DNA of 64,000 nt. Origin: a virus (taxonomy: Duplodnaviria > Caudoviricetes). The notes beneath the pieces were generated by a model, which was given only the letters and a program-made list of their open reading frames with translations, did no database searches and had not been told where the DNA came from. The stretch is taken from positions 356 to 64,355 of the IMG/VR virus record IMGVR_UViG_3300028558_000029. The stretch is one strand, 5' to 3'. The stretch's first letter is position 1; each line of letters starts with the position of its first letter. Shown here one piece after another: positions 19,876-30,076 of this stretch. A program made the translations under genes and the position numbers.

Positions 19876-21109
19876 TGCACTGGCGATTGGGGCTCTGATC
19901 GGGGCCGGAACCGGTGCCGTTGAAGCGTCAACGGGCCACGGCAAGTGGTTGCCTGATGTTCTCGGGGGTGCGGTTGTAGGGGCGGCGACCGGTGGTCTGG
20001 CTGGCCCGATTGGCAGCGCAGTCGGCGGTGAGTTTGGTGGTCTGGTCGGCGGTGTGGGGGCTGGTGCGCTTGGTGGACTTGCTGACGCTGCGATCACCGG
20101 ACAGAAGCCTGGGCCGGCGGCTCTGTTTGGCGGCATTACTGGCGGTATTGGCGCTGGGCTGAGCGGAAACATCTCAGGAGGGTCAGGCGGTCTGTTTGGC
20201 AGCGGGGCTCCCAGCGCCGCCGCTGGGCTTACGTCGGCCGCCGCACCAAGCGGATTCGATGTCTCGGGTGGGCTTGGCGCGACTGGCGATTTAACATCGT
20301 CTGGGCTTGGCAATCTCGACCCATCGGCACTGGCGATTTCTGGCGGTGGCGGAAGTCTGCCTGTCGGAGGACTGACTGGCGTTGCACCGGCCTCGGTTGG
20401 TTCTGGAGACTCTCTTTCCGGTCTGATTGGTCCAGGCGGCGGCGGTGGCCAGGGATCGGTCCTTACTGGCACAATTCCTGTGGTTGGTTCTCCGACTGGG
20501 TCTGGAGTTGGGGTTCCTGGTGGGGCTCCTGGTACAGCAACTCCCGGAAGTGCAATCGATCCGACCAAGGCAGCATTCTCTAGCTTTATAGACAATCCGA
20601 GTTTTGGCGGCGCGGGCGATGTCTTGAAGTCGACCGTCACGAATCATCCACTGGATATTCTGAACGCAGCGCTGCTTGGCAAGTCAGCTTTGGCCCAGAA
20701 TAACATTCCTGGCATGAAGCAGCTTGAGGCTAACGCCGCCATCGTCAGCGCCAATTCGCAAGCGATGCAGAACGCCCTCAACGGCCAGCTGCCACCGCTC
20801 GCAGCCAACGCGCTCAAGGCCGCGTCGAATTCAGCCAAGGCTTCGGTCCGCTCCTATCTGGCGGCCAACGGCTTGGGCAACAGCACGATCGCGTCCAGCA
20901 TGGAGCAGGCGATCGACGCCAACATGGCCCAGCAGACCTTCGCTATCGCCGACAAGCTGGTCGCGCAAGGCGTCGATCTGGCAAGCATCAGCTCGAACAT
21001 GTGGGCCAGCATTCTCCAGGCCAATACGACCCAGAACAATGCGCTCATGCAGAGCATCGCGTCGTTCTCGGCCGGTCTGGTGCCGGCGAAGCTCGGCAAG
21101 GCCGCGTGA
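19856..21109 (+). CDS. ejection (pilot) protein 1, Gly-rich
   Basis: Glycine-zipper N-terminus, GLGNST motif, podovirus position. Confidence 0.65.
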   Translation: MPTGGLDALAIGALIGAGTGAVEASTGHGKWLPDVLGGAVVGAATGGLAGPIGSAVGGEFGGLVGGVGAGALGGLADAAITGQKPGPAALFGGITGGIGAGLSGNISGGSGGLFGSGAPSAAAGLTSAAAPSGFDVSGGLGATGDLTSSGLGNLDPSALAISGGGGSLPVGGLTGVAPASVGSGDSLSGLIGPGGGGGQGSVLTGTIPVVGSPTGSGVGVPGGAPGTATPGSAIDPTKAAFSSFIDNPSFGGAGDVLKSTVTNHPLDILNAALLGKSALAQNNIPGMKQLEANAAIVSANSQAMQNALNGQLPPLAANALKAASNSAKASVRSYLAANGLGNSTIASSMEQAIDANMAQQTFAIADKLVAQGVDLASISSNMWASILQANTTQNNALMQSIASFSAGLVPAKLGKAA

Positions 21110-21112
21110 TAG

Positions 21113-22624
21113 ATGGCAGACGCAGCCGTAGCGGATGACGACACCAAGGTGCTGAACGGGACCGAGGGCGGCATAGCCGCGCCCGCCGAGGTCAGCATTC
21201 CGGACGATGCTTCGCCGCGCACAAAGACCATCGATTATGCGATGGATCAGATCGCCAGGAACCATGCCGCCCTTCACGATCTGAGCATGGGCCTGGAGAA
21301 GCAGAACGCCGATCTGATGAAGGCTTCTCAGGCGTCTTCAGATACGGCCAAGGCGCGCGGTCAGGCGCTCAAGCAGCCGCAGATTCCAGAGGACGCGACC
21401 AAGCCGTTCCAGTCCAACCAGCAGCCAACCTCGCCGCTGGAATCGTTCGGGTCGCTAGCGTCGACGTTCGGCCTGATGGCCTCGCTGTTCACCAAGACGC
21501 CGCTCACTTCGGCGCTGAACGCGGCTGGCAGCGCCATGCAGGCCGTCAAGCAGGGCGACATCGATGCCTACAACGCATCGCTGGCGGCCTGGAAGACCCA
21601 CACCGAAATGGCGCTGAAGCAGTACGATCTGGAGAGCAAGTCGTACCACGATGCCATGGAGCTGATCGGCAAGGACGATTCGCAGGCCCAGGCTCGCATC
21701 CGCACCATGGCGACGCTGAGCAACAATCAGTACATGCGTGCCGCCGCCGAGGCCGGGCGCTTCGATCTGGCGATGGAATATCTGACAAAGATGGACGGGC
21801 TGGCCAACAAGACCAGGAATCTGAAGTTCGATCCGCTCGAAACCATGTACATGCAGATGCGGAAAGATGATCCGGAGGGGGACCCGGTCAAGCAGCTTCT
21901 GTCGGCCCAGAAGCAGTTGTCTGATGCCAAGGCCAAGGAAAACGACAGCAGCAAGCAGTCGCCCTCCACTCAGGTTTTTGATGCCAGGGTCAAAGAATAC
22001 AAGGGCCAGCACGACGGCCAGGAGCCGCCGGCCGATATGAAGCAGAAGTGGCTGTCGGAGATTCAGTTCCAGCAGGGTGCGACGAAGAACGCTCTTCCGA
22101 CGCCGGCAGACGCCGCTCGCATGCGTGCCAGCGAAGATCAGATCATCATCACCCAGGCCAAAATTGACAGCGCGATTGACGATGTGAACAAGACAATCGC
22201 CTCGGTTGGCTTCAAGGGCAGGATTGGCAAGGCGGCCGAGACGGTCGGCAACATCCTTGGTCTGACCGACGATGCTACCCGCCACGTCCTCCAGAGCAAG
22301 CTAGACGACATTGCGCTGGAAGCCTCCACCACCCTCAAGGGATGGGCGGTTTCGTCACGCATTCCGGTTGCTATGCAGAAGGTCGTGCGCGATATAGTCG
22401 GCGGTCGGCTTGATCCAGGGACGACGTGGCAGAACACGGTGGCTGGGCTCAAGTACGTCAAGAAGGCCCTTGAGGCACAGAAGGCGGCGAGCGAGGCCGA
22501 AAGACATGGCGACACGATTTCGCCTTTCGCAGCCAAGCGGCTCGTCGGGCCGGATGACAACTCTGGCGGCGGGGGCTCTGGCGGCAATCCGTGGGATAGC
22601 GATCCGGCTGTCGGGGGGCAGTGA
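21113..22624 (+). CDS. ejection protein 2
   Basis: Helical Ala/Gln/Lys-rich 503 aa; position. Confidence 0.6.
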   Translation: MADAAVADDDTKVLNGTEGGIAAPAEVSIPDDASPRTKTIDYAMDQIARNHAALHDLSMGLEKQNADLMKASQASSDTAKARGQALKQPQIPEDATKPFQSNQQPTSPLESFGSLASTFGLMASLFTKTPLTSALNAAGSAMQAVKQGDIDAYNASLAAWKTHTEMALKQYDLESKSYHDAMELIGKDDSQAQARIRTMATLSNNQYMRAAAEAGRFDLAMEYLTKMDGLANKTRNLKFDPLETMYMQMRKDDPEGDPVKQLLSAQKQLSDAKAKENDSSKQSPSTQVFDARVKEYKGQHDGQEPPADMKQKWLSEIQFQQGATKNALPTPADAARMRASEDQIIITQAKIDSAIDDVNKTIASVGFKGRIGKAAETVGNILGLTDDATRHVLQSKLDDIALEASTTLKGWAVSSRIPVAMQKVVRDIVGGRLDPGTTWQNTVAGLKYVKKALEAQKAASEAERHGDTISPFAAKRLVGPDDNSGGGGSGGNPWDSDPAVGGQ

Positions 22625-25600
22625 TGCCTGAAGTCAAGCCGCTGGACATTCCGTCGGTCACCGACGCCGAAAGCTACGGCAAGATCACCGAGGGCGGGCA
22701 GTACACGACTCCTGAAGGCAAGCTTCAGGTCAAGCCCTATGTGGTCAACAAGGAAGACCCGTCGAGCTACCGTGACATTCCTGACGGCCGGCTGTACCGT
22801 GACCCAGAAGGCGTGCTCAGGACCAAGCCGACCTACGAGCCGATCCATCCTGGCGCGCAGACGCTTTTCGACATGACCGACAATGTCGAGGAGCAGGAAA
22901 AAGTCCTGTCCAAGTTCTACGGAGCCGACTCGATCAAGCGCGATCCGGTCGGCGACCCGTACATCGTTACCCAGGATGGCAAGCGCCTGAAGCCAGGACG
23001 TGGCATGCCGGCCGTGACCGGGGCAATCGCCAGCCAGGCCTTGCCTATGGGATTGGCGGCTGGCGGAGACTTTCTTGGCGGTGCCGGCGGCGGACCGGTC
23101 GGTGCCGTGGCTGGTGGTGCCGCAGGTTCGATGCTGGGCCAAGAACTCAACAACACCATCCTGCGCGCCGCTGGCGTCTACGACGAGACGGGGGCGCAAG
23201 AGTTTAAACAACTGATGGGGGCTGCCCAAGGCGGTGGCATCGGCAGTGGTGTGGGGCGCGGAGCGGGGCTGATTGCCGGCGGCGCAGCCAAGGCGGCTGG
23301 TGTGGCTGGAAGTGTGATCCCGAGCTGGCTGCGCGGAGTCATGGGGGCCGACCCGGAAAGGCTGAAGATCGCTCTCGACCTGGATGCGCAGGGCGTCCGC
23401 TCATGGCCGAGCAAGTGGGCCACCCACACTCCGGTTCTGCCGTTCTACGAGGCCATGTCGCGCCGGTTCGGCTTCGATCCGGTCAGGACAACCGGCAAGG
23501 AATATTACGAGCGCACCGCAACCGATCTGCTTCATCAGCTTGGCGTCGAGCGTGGCAGTGCTGGCCGGTTGACTGAACAGGGTTCCATTCCAGGCGTGCG
23601 AGCGGCGAGCGCCGTCGATCCTGGTCAGGCCGGTCAGCTCCTTAGAGATCGTGTAAACAGAGATATGGCTGTCGCCGATGGCCGGCTTGAAGTGGCGCAG
23701 CGCGCTGCCGAGGCCGCCGCGCGTGAACGCGCCGCCGGCACATCGGCGGACGCTGATCGCACCTACCAGGATGCCCTGAAGGCGTTGAACGAGGAAGCCA
23801 ACTCGGCAACGATGCAGGCGCAGCATCTTCTGGACGGTGAGTTCAAGTCGATCATCGACGACAACAAGAAGGCCATCGACATCGCCAAGGCCGGCGAAAA
23901 CCCCGGCGATTTGGCTCGCAACATGGCCAACAAGATCGTGACGCTGCGTACCGCGATCACACGTCGCGCCCGCATGATGTATAGCGCGGCGGACAAGGCG
24001 GCCGGAGACGATATTCCTGATGTTTCCAAGCTGACCGGGGCGGTTGACGAGTTCCGTTCTCGTTTGCCGCAGGACATCAAGGAAAATCACCCAGGACTTG
24101 TGATCATGCTCGACAAGCTGGGCAAGCCCAAAGAAGCACAGGGCGGCGTTGGCGGGCAGGTTGCGGCCGACTTCGGCGCTGGTGGGGCCGGCGGTGAGCC
24201 GGCCAAGTCTGAGCCAATGACATTCGGTCAGCTACGCATGCTGCGCACAATGCTGCGCGATGTGCCAAACTGGGGCAATCTCGATCCGTCGTTTCGTGAC
24301 GGCATGTACAAGTTCTTCTCCGGCAAGGTCGACGAGGCCATCCACGACTCGGCCAACTCTCCTGGAATACAGCGCGCCGCCGGCCTTCTAGATCAGGCTG
24401 ACTCGTTCTACTCCAAGAACATGGCGCAGTTTCGCGATACCAAGATTCAGCAGATCACCGATACGATCAAGGCCGGAATGCCACCAGACCCTGGCGAGAT
24501 TGCCTCCATGGCGATGCAGGGCGGCTGGACGGAGCGCATGGGCGCTTTGCGTCGCATCACCGGGCCGCAGGTATGGAAGGCCGTCCAGTCAGCCGACACC
24601 AACCAGATGATTCAGGCGAGCCGTCGTGTCGACGGCACGATCAGTGGCAAGGACTTCGCCCGTCAGGTCGAGGACCGTGTCCAGAACGGCGTGCTGGACG
24701 GAGCCTACGACAAGGTGACCGCCGACCGACTGAAACTCCAGGCCAGTCGGGCTCTGTTCCATGGTGGCGATAGCGATATCGTGCTCGCCCCTGGCGACAC
24801 ACTTGAGACGTTGTCCAAGCGCCTATTCGACGCCAGAGAGCAGATCAAGCAAATGGCGCAGCAGAATCCGGAGCGAGTTCTGCGTGACGAGATGCAGCGA
24901 GCGCAGCGCGAATCCGCTATGCGCGCCAGAACGCTGACGGTCGAGCGCCGAAATGACCCACTGTCCTTTCTGGCCAGCCCATCCGTTGGCGCGGTCGATG
25001 CGGCGGAGAAGATTCTCGGAAGCCCCGACCTGATGAAGACGGTCATGCAGCGTTACGGTCAGGACAGTCCAGAGTGGATAACTATCCGTAACGTCGCTGT
25101 CCGTCGCATCCTTCAGAGAGAATTCGATAGTACGGGAAAGCTGCTCGGCGACGTGGCCGGAAAGATTCCGGAAGAGGCGCAGCGCATGTTGTTCCCAGGT
25201 CAGGCGTATGACGACTTCCATAAGCTGGCGAGCAATATGGAATATCTGATCTCCGACGTTCCTGACATGGGCTCGTCGCTGGCTACCGCCGCTGGCGTCA
25301 TGAATCCCGCTTCGTGGCTTAACCGCCTGTCCCATCCGATTGGCAAGGTCGCCAAGGCGGTTCCGACCGTGGCCGCCCGTGCCGCTGTCGAAGGTGTGGT
25401 GGCAGCTTTCGCTCGCTTCGGTACTGGTGGCCCACTGCTGCGCTACGTCGCCAAGGGCCTGGACGGCAGCCCGGCGCAACGCGAGGCGATTCGCGAGTTC
25501 GTGCGGAAAGCTATCGCTTCCGGTGGGGCCGGGTTCAGCGCGGCTGGGGCTGGCGGTGCCAACACACCTCCAGGCTTCGTTCCCGGTGATACGGCAACCT

Positions 25601-25632
25601 ACGGCGGCACCGGCACCCCGGTCCAGCCGTGA
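22621..25632 (+). CDS. ejection protein 3 (large internal virion protein)
   Basis: 1003 aa helical with glycine zipper; position. Confidence 0.65.
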   Translation: MMPEVKPLDIPSVTDAESYGKITEGGQYTTPEGKLQVKPYVVNKEDPSSYRDIPDGRLYRDPEGVLRTKPTYEPIHPGAQTLFDMTDNVEEQEKVLSKFYGADSIKRDPVGDPYIVTQDGKRLKPGRGMPAVTGAIASQALPMGLAAGGDFLGGAGGGPVGAVAGGAAGSMLGQELNNTILRAAGVYDETGAQEFKQLMGAAQGGGIGSGVGRGAGLIAGGAAKAAGVAGSVIPSWLRGVMGADPERLKIALDLDAQGVRSWPSKWATHTPVLPFYEAMSRRFGFDPVRTTGKEYYERTATDLLHQLGVERGSAGRLTEQGSIPGVRAASAVDPGQAGQLLRDRVNRDMAVADGRLEVAQRAAEAAARERAAGTSADADRTYQDALKALNEEANSATMQAQHLLDGEFKSIIDDNKKAIDIAKAGENPGDLARNMANKIVTLRTAITRRARMMYSAADKAAGDDIPDVSKLTGAVDEFRSRLPQDIKENHPGLVIMLDKLGKPKEAQGGVGGQVAADFGAGGAGGEPAKSEPMTFGQLRMLRTMLRDVPNWGNLDPSFRDGMYKFFSGKVDEAIHDSANSPGIQRAAGLLDQADSFYSKNMAQFRDTKIQQITDTIKAGMPPDPGEIASMAMQGGWTERMGALRRITGPQVWKAVQSADTNQMIQASRRVDGTISGKDFARQVEDRVQNGVLDGAYDKVTADRLKLQASRALFHGGDSDIVLAPGDTLETLSKRLFDAREQIKQMAQQNPERVLRDEMQRAQRESAMRARTLTVERRNDPLSFLASPSVGAVDAAEKILGSPDLMKTVMQRYGQDSPEWITIRNVAVRRILQREFDSTGKLLGDVAGKIPEEAQRMLFPGQAYDDFHKLASNMEYLISDVPDMGSSLATAAGVMNPASWLNRLSHPIGKVAKAVPTVAARAAVEGVVAAFARFGTGGPLLRYVAKGLDGSPAQREAIREFVRKAIASGGAGFSAAGAGGANTPPGFVPGDTATYGGTGTPVQP

Positions 25633-25862
25633 AAAAAGTCGTCCAAGTCCCCGAGTTCGAGCAGTCCCTCAAGAAGCTGGCCCAGGACATCGCCGATCAG
25701 GCGTTGACCGAGCAGGACTTCAAGGCCAAGGTAGACGCCTTCAAGGCCCTGGCCGCATTCCATATCGGCGTGACCAGGGTCAAGGCCAAGATTCCAGAAG
25801 AAGACGACCAGGAGACATTCGGTGGCATCATCAGGGACATCGCGACTACAGGCCGTGGGTGA
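25629..25862 (+). CDS. hypothetical protein
   Basis: GTGA-coupled ORF. Confidence 0.65.
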   Translation: MKKVVQVPEFEQSLKKLAQDIADQALTEQDFKAKVDAFKALAAFHIGVTRVKAKIPEEDDQETFGGIIRDIATTGRG

Positions 25863-26142
25863 GCGGGAAGCACCGACGCTGGAGGAAATGCACGCTGATA
25901 TGGTCGCCGCCCCGCCGACCGTAGGGCCGGGAATGGCGCTAGGCATGGTGCTTCTCGGCATCAAAACCCTGTCCCAACGTGCGTTGGTGATGATCGGAAG
26001 CCTCGCGAATCTGGCGCTATGCGCCTCGGTTTGGTGGTTGTTCGTCCAAATGCCAGATAATCCCTCATGGCCCAAGATCGCAGCCAATGCCGGATATGGC
26101 ATCTTCGTGCTTACTGCAATTTTCCTGACCAGACGAAGGTAG
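25855..26142 (+). CDS. small membrane protein (2-3 TM)
   Basis: Hydrophobic segments, basic C-terminus; start uncertain. Confidence 0.65.
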   Translation: MGEREAPTLEEMHADMVAAPPTVGPGMALGMVLLGIKTLSQRALVMIGSLANLALCASVWWLFVQMPDNPSWPKIAANAGYGIFVLTAIFLTRRR

Positions 26143-26154
26143 CGAGGGTGCGAC

Positions 26155-27744
26155 ATGCGGCTAGGCTGGCTTTCCATATTCTTTGCCGGCCTGATCGCAT
26201 CGCTTCCGGCGGGTGCCGCCGAGTACATCCAGCAAGGCGGTAATGTAACCCAGGGGCATGTCGGCTCCTGGACGGCTCCCGGCATTCTTCAGGACGGTGG
26301 GCCGGCGACCGCTGGCAAGGTGACCGAACTCGGCATCACCCGGAACGGCGGCCTGCCGTTCTGCATCTATACCGGGCCAACCTCCCCAACCGTTCGCCTG
26401 TGCTTCACCGTTAGCAGCACGGACGGCGCGACCATCACCATGGTCAACAGCGGGTCGCCGCTGCCGTTCAACGTAAATTACAATGGGGTAATTTCCCCAT
26501 TCTCCATCCCTGTTCCGGTATCGCTCGCCAACGGCGGAACTGGAGTGGCACTGACCGCCAATAACGGCGGCATCGTCTATTCCAATGCCTCGACCCTGGC
26601 GATCCTGAGCGGAACCAGCACGGCCGGACTGCCGCTGATTTCTGGCTCGAATGCTGTGCCAAGCTGGGGCTCCAGGTCGGGCAACACCACGGTCTTCGGC
26701 ACGGCAAGCGGCACGTTGACGGACGGTCATTGCGTGACCATCAACGGCGGCAACTTCATCGATGCTGGCGGCCCCTGCACAACTGGCGGTGGCGGCGGAA
26801 CCGTGTCGGCCGGCACGGCCGGTCAGATGACTTACTATGCCGGATCGGGGACCGTGGTGGCTGGAAATGCCAACGCGACGATCAGCGGCGGCGCGCTGAC
26901 GCTGGGCCAGTCCAGCTCGGTGGCCGGTTCCCTGATCCTCAACGGGTCTGGCAGCGGTCACGGGACGATCGTAGCCCAGGCGGCGGCGGGCACGCCAACC
27001 CTGACACTTCCGACCGGCAGCGGTACTTTCGCCAACTCGGCCTCCGCGCCCCTTTCTCTATCGGCCACAACCGGCGCGCTGACCATATCGTCGGCCACTT
27101 CCGGAGCGCTCGGTGTCGTCCAGGGCGACGGATCGACCCTGACGATCTCGGCTGGCGTCATTTCTTGCACCACGGCGACCACCAGCCAGATCGGCTGCGT
27201 GAAGCCTGACGGCACATCGGTCACCATCTCCGGAGGCATCATATCGTCGGTCAACACTAGCGGTCCGGTCCTGCTGGCGACGCTGACCGCCAGCACCTCG
27301 GCATCGTTGACCGACACAACTCACATTACCAGCTCTTACAAGTCGTATGAGTTCAGGGTCATCAATCTACTGCCGGTGAACGCTAGCGCCACCCTGCAAA
27401 TGCAGCTTTCGACCAATGCCGGCTCGTCCTATGACAGCACTCTTGGAAACTACTGGATCAACAACGCCAACAGCATGGCGTGTCCGAGCGCCGAACTCGA
27501 TACGTCTAACTCCCTTCCGCTTGGCGGCATGAATTCGATCATGAAGCTGTATACGCCATCAACCAACGGCACCTACAAGATGCTCTACACGGCGGCTGTG
27601 GCGGCTTTTACCAGTTCGGATGTTCTGAGGGATGAGGTTGGCTGCATGTATGTCGGCAGCACGTCGCCAGTGAACGCGATCAAGTTCATCGAGGACTCCG
27701 GCAGCATTAGCTCTGGCGTGATCGAGATATGGGGATACCCATGA
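26155..27744 (+). CDS. tail-fibre-like protein with Sec signal peptide
   Basis: MRLGWLSIFFAGLIASLPAGA-AE; V..GGTG fibre repeats; Ser/Thr/Gly-rich. Confidence 0.7.
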   Translation: MRLGWLSIFFAGLIASLPAGAAEYIQQGGNVTQGHVGSWTAPGILQDGGPATAGKVTELGITRNGGLPFCIYTGPTSPTVRLCFTVSSTDGATITMVNSGSPLPFNVNYNGVISPFSIPVPVSLANGGTGVALTANNGGIVYSNASTLAILSGTSTAGLPLISGSNAVPSWGSRSGNTTVFGTASGTLTDGHCVTINGGNFIDAGGPCTTGGGGGTVSAGTAGQMTYYAGSGTVVAGNANATISGGALTLGQSSSVAGSLILNGSGSGHGTIVAQAAAGTPTLTLPTGSGTFANSASAPLSLSATTGALTISSATSGALGVVQGDGSTLTISAGVISCTTATTSQIGCVKPDGTSVTISGGIISSVNTSGPVLLATLTASTSASLTDTTHITSSYKSYEFRVINLLPVNASATLQMQLSTNAGSSYDSTLGNYWINNANSMACPSAELDTSNSLPLGGMNSIMKLYTPSTNGTYKMLYTAAVAAFTSSDVLRDEVGCMYVGSTSPVNAIKFIEDSGSISSGVIEIWGYP

Positions 27745-29105
27745 TCCGGTCCGGCGCATTCCTGGCCGCTCTGCTGTGGGCCGTTCCGGCCCTGTCGGCT
27801 GACTATATCCAGCAGTCTGGCAGCGTCACACAGGGCCACGTCGCGTCGTGGGTGGGTTCCGGGCTTCAGCAGGACGCCGGACCGGCGACTGGCGGACGCA
27901 TCACCGAACTTGGCATCACAAAGAATGGCGGGTTGCCGCTCTGTATAAACACCGCACTGGTCGGCCTGCCGCTGGCCGAGGCGTGCCAGGGCGTCAGCTC
28001 GACGACCGGGGCATTCTTCTCGCTTCAGTCGTACAACGGTCAGGCGGCGATGCCGCTATCGTTCCTGATCAACGGCTTCACGCCGCTGGTTCTGAACGCT
28101 GACGGCACCATCACGACGAACATCACCGGGTCGACGCAGTGTCTACAGGTCAGCACGGTGGGGCTGGTCAGCGGGAGTGGCGGAACCTGCGGTGGGGGTG
28201 GCGGGACGCCGGGCGGCTCTTCTGGGCAAGTTCAGTACAACAATAGCGGCTCATTTGGCGGCTTCACCGTCAGCGGAGACGGTACGCTTGACACCGGGAC
28301 CGGGGCGCTGACCGTCAGCAGTGCGTTTGGTGGAGTGCCATTTGCTACTTCAGCTTTTGTTGACACTACGAACGCTAGCAACATTTCGTCAGGAACACTG
28401 ATTCCATCGGCAGTGACCGGCACAGGCACGCTAACGGTCGGCGCAACCGGGGCTGGATTTACGATTGATTTCGGGGCCAGCACCGTATCTGGACAGCTTG
28501 GGCTTTCTGGCGGCGGCACGGGAGCTAGCATCTCGGCAACTTCTGGCGGAATCCCATACTTCTCTTCGACCTCCGCTATGGGATCGAGCGGCCTTCTGAC
28601 CCATTACGGACTGATATACGGCGGCGGTGCTGGAGCGGCTCCGGTATCGATGGTGGCCTGCTCAAGCGGAGCCCCGGTGCTTGGCGGAAGCACAGCCCCA
28701 GTGTGTGGTTCAGATGTCAATCTGGCCTACACCGATGTGGCACAAGCGTTTACCAAGTCGCAGCGGGGGACGCCGGTCAACATCGCCATCTCTACCGCGA
28801 CGTTCACCCCATCGTTCAACAATGCCCAAAATTTTGAAATCGACCTGACCTCCGCGTGTCCGTGTGCTCTGGCGAATCCAAGCACATCGCTGGTGGCCGG
28901 TCAGTCGGGAATGTTTGAGATTCACCAGGATGGCTCCGGCAGTCGCACCATCGTGACGTGGGGCAGCGACTATCAGTCGGTGGGCGGCACGAGCACGATC
29001 GTTCTCAGCACGGCCGCTAGCGCCATCGACTATCTCCCATACTATGTCAACAACGCAGCGACCGCCATTGTGTTTGGCGGCCTGATCAGATCGCCGAGCC
29101 ACTGA
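27741..29105 (+). CDS. tail-fibre-like protein with Sec signal peptide, paralog of 26155
   Basis: MIRSGAFLAALLWAVPALS-AD; shared N-domain; PGGSSGQVQYN and QDGSGSRT..W fibre motifs. Confidence 0.7.
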   Translation: MIRSGAFLAALLWAVPALSADYIQQSGSVTQGHVASWVGSGLQQDAGPATGGRITELGITKNGGLPLCINTALVGLPLAEACQGVSSTTGAFFSLQSYNGQAAMPLSFLINGFTPLVLNADGTITTNITGSTQCLQVSTVGLVSGSGGTCGGGGGTPGGSSGQVQYNNSGSFGGFTVSGDGTLDTGTGALTVSSAFGGVPFATSAFVDTTNASNISSGTLIPSAVTGTGTLTVGATGAGFTIDFGASTVSGQLGLSGGGTGASISATSGGIPYFSSTSAMGSSGLLTHYGLIYGGGAGAAPVSMVACSSGAPVLGGSTAPVCGSDVNLAYTDVAQAFTKSQRGTPVNIAISTATFTPSFNNAQNFEIDLTSACPCALANPSTSLVAGQSGMFEIHQDGSGSRTIVTWGSDYQSVGGTSTIVLSTAASAIDYLPYYVNNAATAIVFGGLIRSPSH

Positions 29106-30034
29106 TGCGCCAAGCCCTAATCACTGCTGTTTTGCTATTCTTTTATACGGGGATCGGATTTCCAGCCGAAGCCCAGATCGTGGGGACTTTCGTTCAGGCG
29201 TCTCCATTTACAGGGCTGGGTGACGCGGTCACCGGAGCCACCGCCTATTGGTCCTGCTCAAGGGCCTACTCTTCGGTGACAACGGCGTCTAAGGCGTGCA
29301 ACATATGCGATGCGGCCAATACTCATTGTGTTGATGTTTACAGTGACGCCGGCACCGGGATTGTGCCGGTTCCAAAACCAGACGGCAGCACGCCATGCGA
29401 CAACTCCGGCAACATCTGTACGGTTCAGACGGTATACAATCAGGTAAGCCCTGGAAATTACAACTTCGGGCAATCCACCGCCGCCAGCCGCCCAACTTTG
29501 GCAATATCTTCCTTGGGAAGCGCCGTCCAATACATAAAGTTTGTTGGGACTAGTTCTCAACATATGGACGGTAACACGGGTCCTAACCTAAGTAACAACC
29601 CGACTACTTATGTGTTTTACTCTCAAAGGAACGGTTCATTCACAACCGAGGGGACTATACTAAGTAACCAAACTGGTCTTACCACCCAGCAAACTGATTA
29701 TAAAAATGCCACCAACTCATTGTCTGTAGTGAATGTGATCAGCAACACGGTGACTGCTTCTGATAGCGCATGGCATTCTATTCAGACCATTGCTAATGGT
29801 GCATCGCCGGCATCTTTCGTTTGGGTGGATAGCACGTTGACAACTGCCAACCTTAGCGCCACCGGGACCACAACAAAACTATGTATGGGTTCTCTTGGAA
29901 ACGGCGGCACCACATGCACGGCCACTGGATTTTATGTGACCGCCATTATCGGCGAGATCGCTATCTATGACGGTGTCGCCTTCAACGCCACTCAGCACGA
30001 CAATGTCAACGCGAATCAGGCAGCGTTTTACTAA
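29105..30034 (+). CDS. signal-peptide protein with AbfB-catalytic/LamG-like domain
   Basis: A-E-A cleavage site; AYWS.SRAY...T.Y.Q....Q.T.A.RP motifs. Confidence 0.6.
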   Translation: MRQALITAVLLFFYTGIGFPAEAQIVGTFVQASPFTGLGDAVTGATAYWSCSRAYSSVTTASKACNICDAANTHCVDVYSDAGTGIVPVPKPDGSTPCDNSGNICTVQTVYNQVSPGNYNFGQSTAASRPTLAISSLGSAVQYIKFVGTSSQHMDGNTGPNLSNNPTTYVFYSQRNGSFTTEGTILSNQTGLTTQQTDYKNATNSLSVVNVISNTVTASDSAWHSIQTIANGASPASFVWVDSTLTTANLSATGTTTKLCMGSLGNGGTTCTATGFYVTAIIGEIAIYDGVAFNATQHDNVNANQAAFY

Positions 30035-30076
30035 ACCGTGAAGGTAGGCTACCATCTGCCCCAGGAGGGCGTTTAA

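Noticed and set aside
22621-25632. Tape measure protein
   Set aside because: No tail tube or chaperone genes; context (adaptor, nozzle, acetyltransferase-like, three helical proteins) fits podovirus ejection proteins
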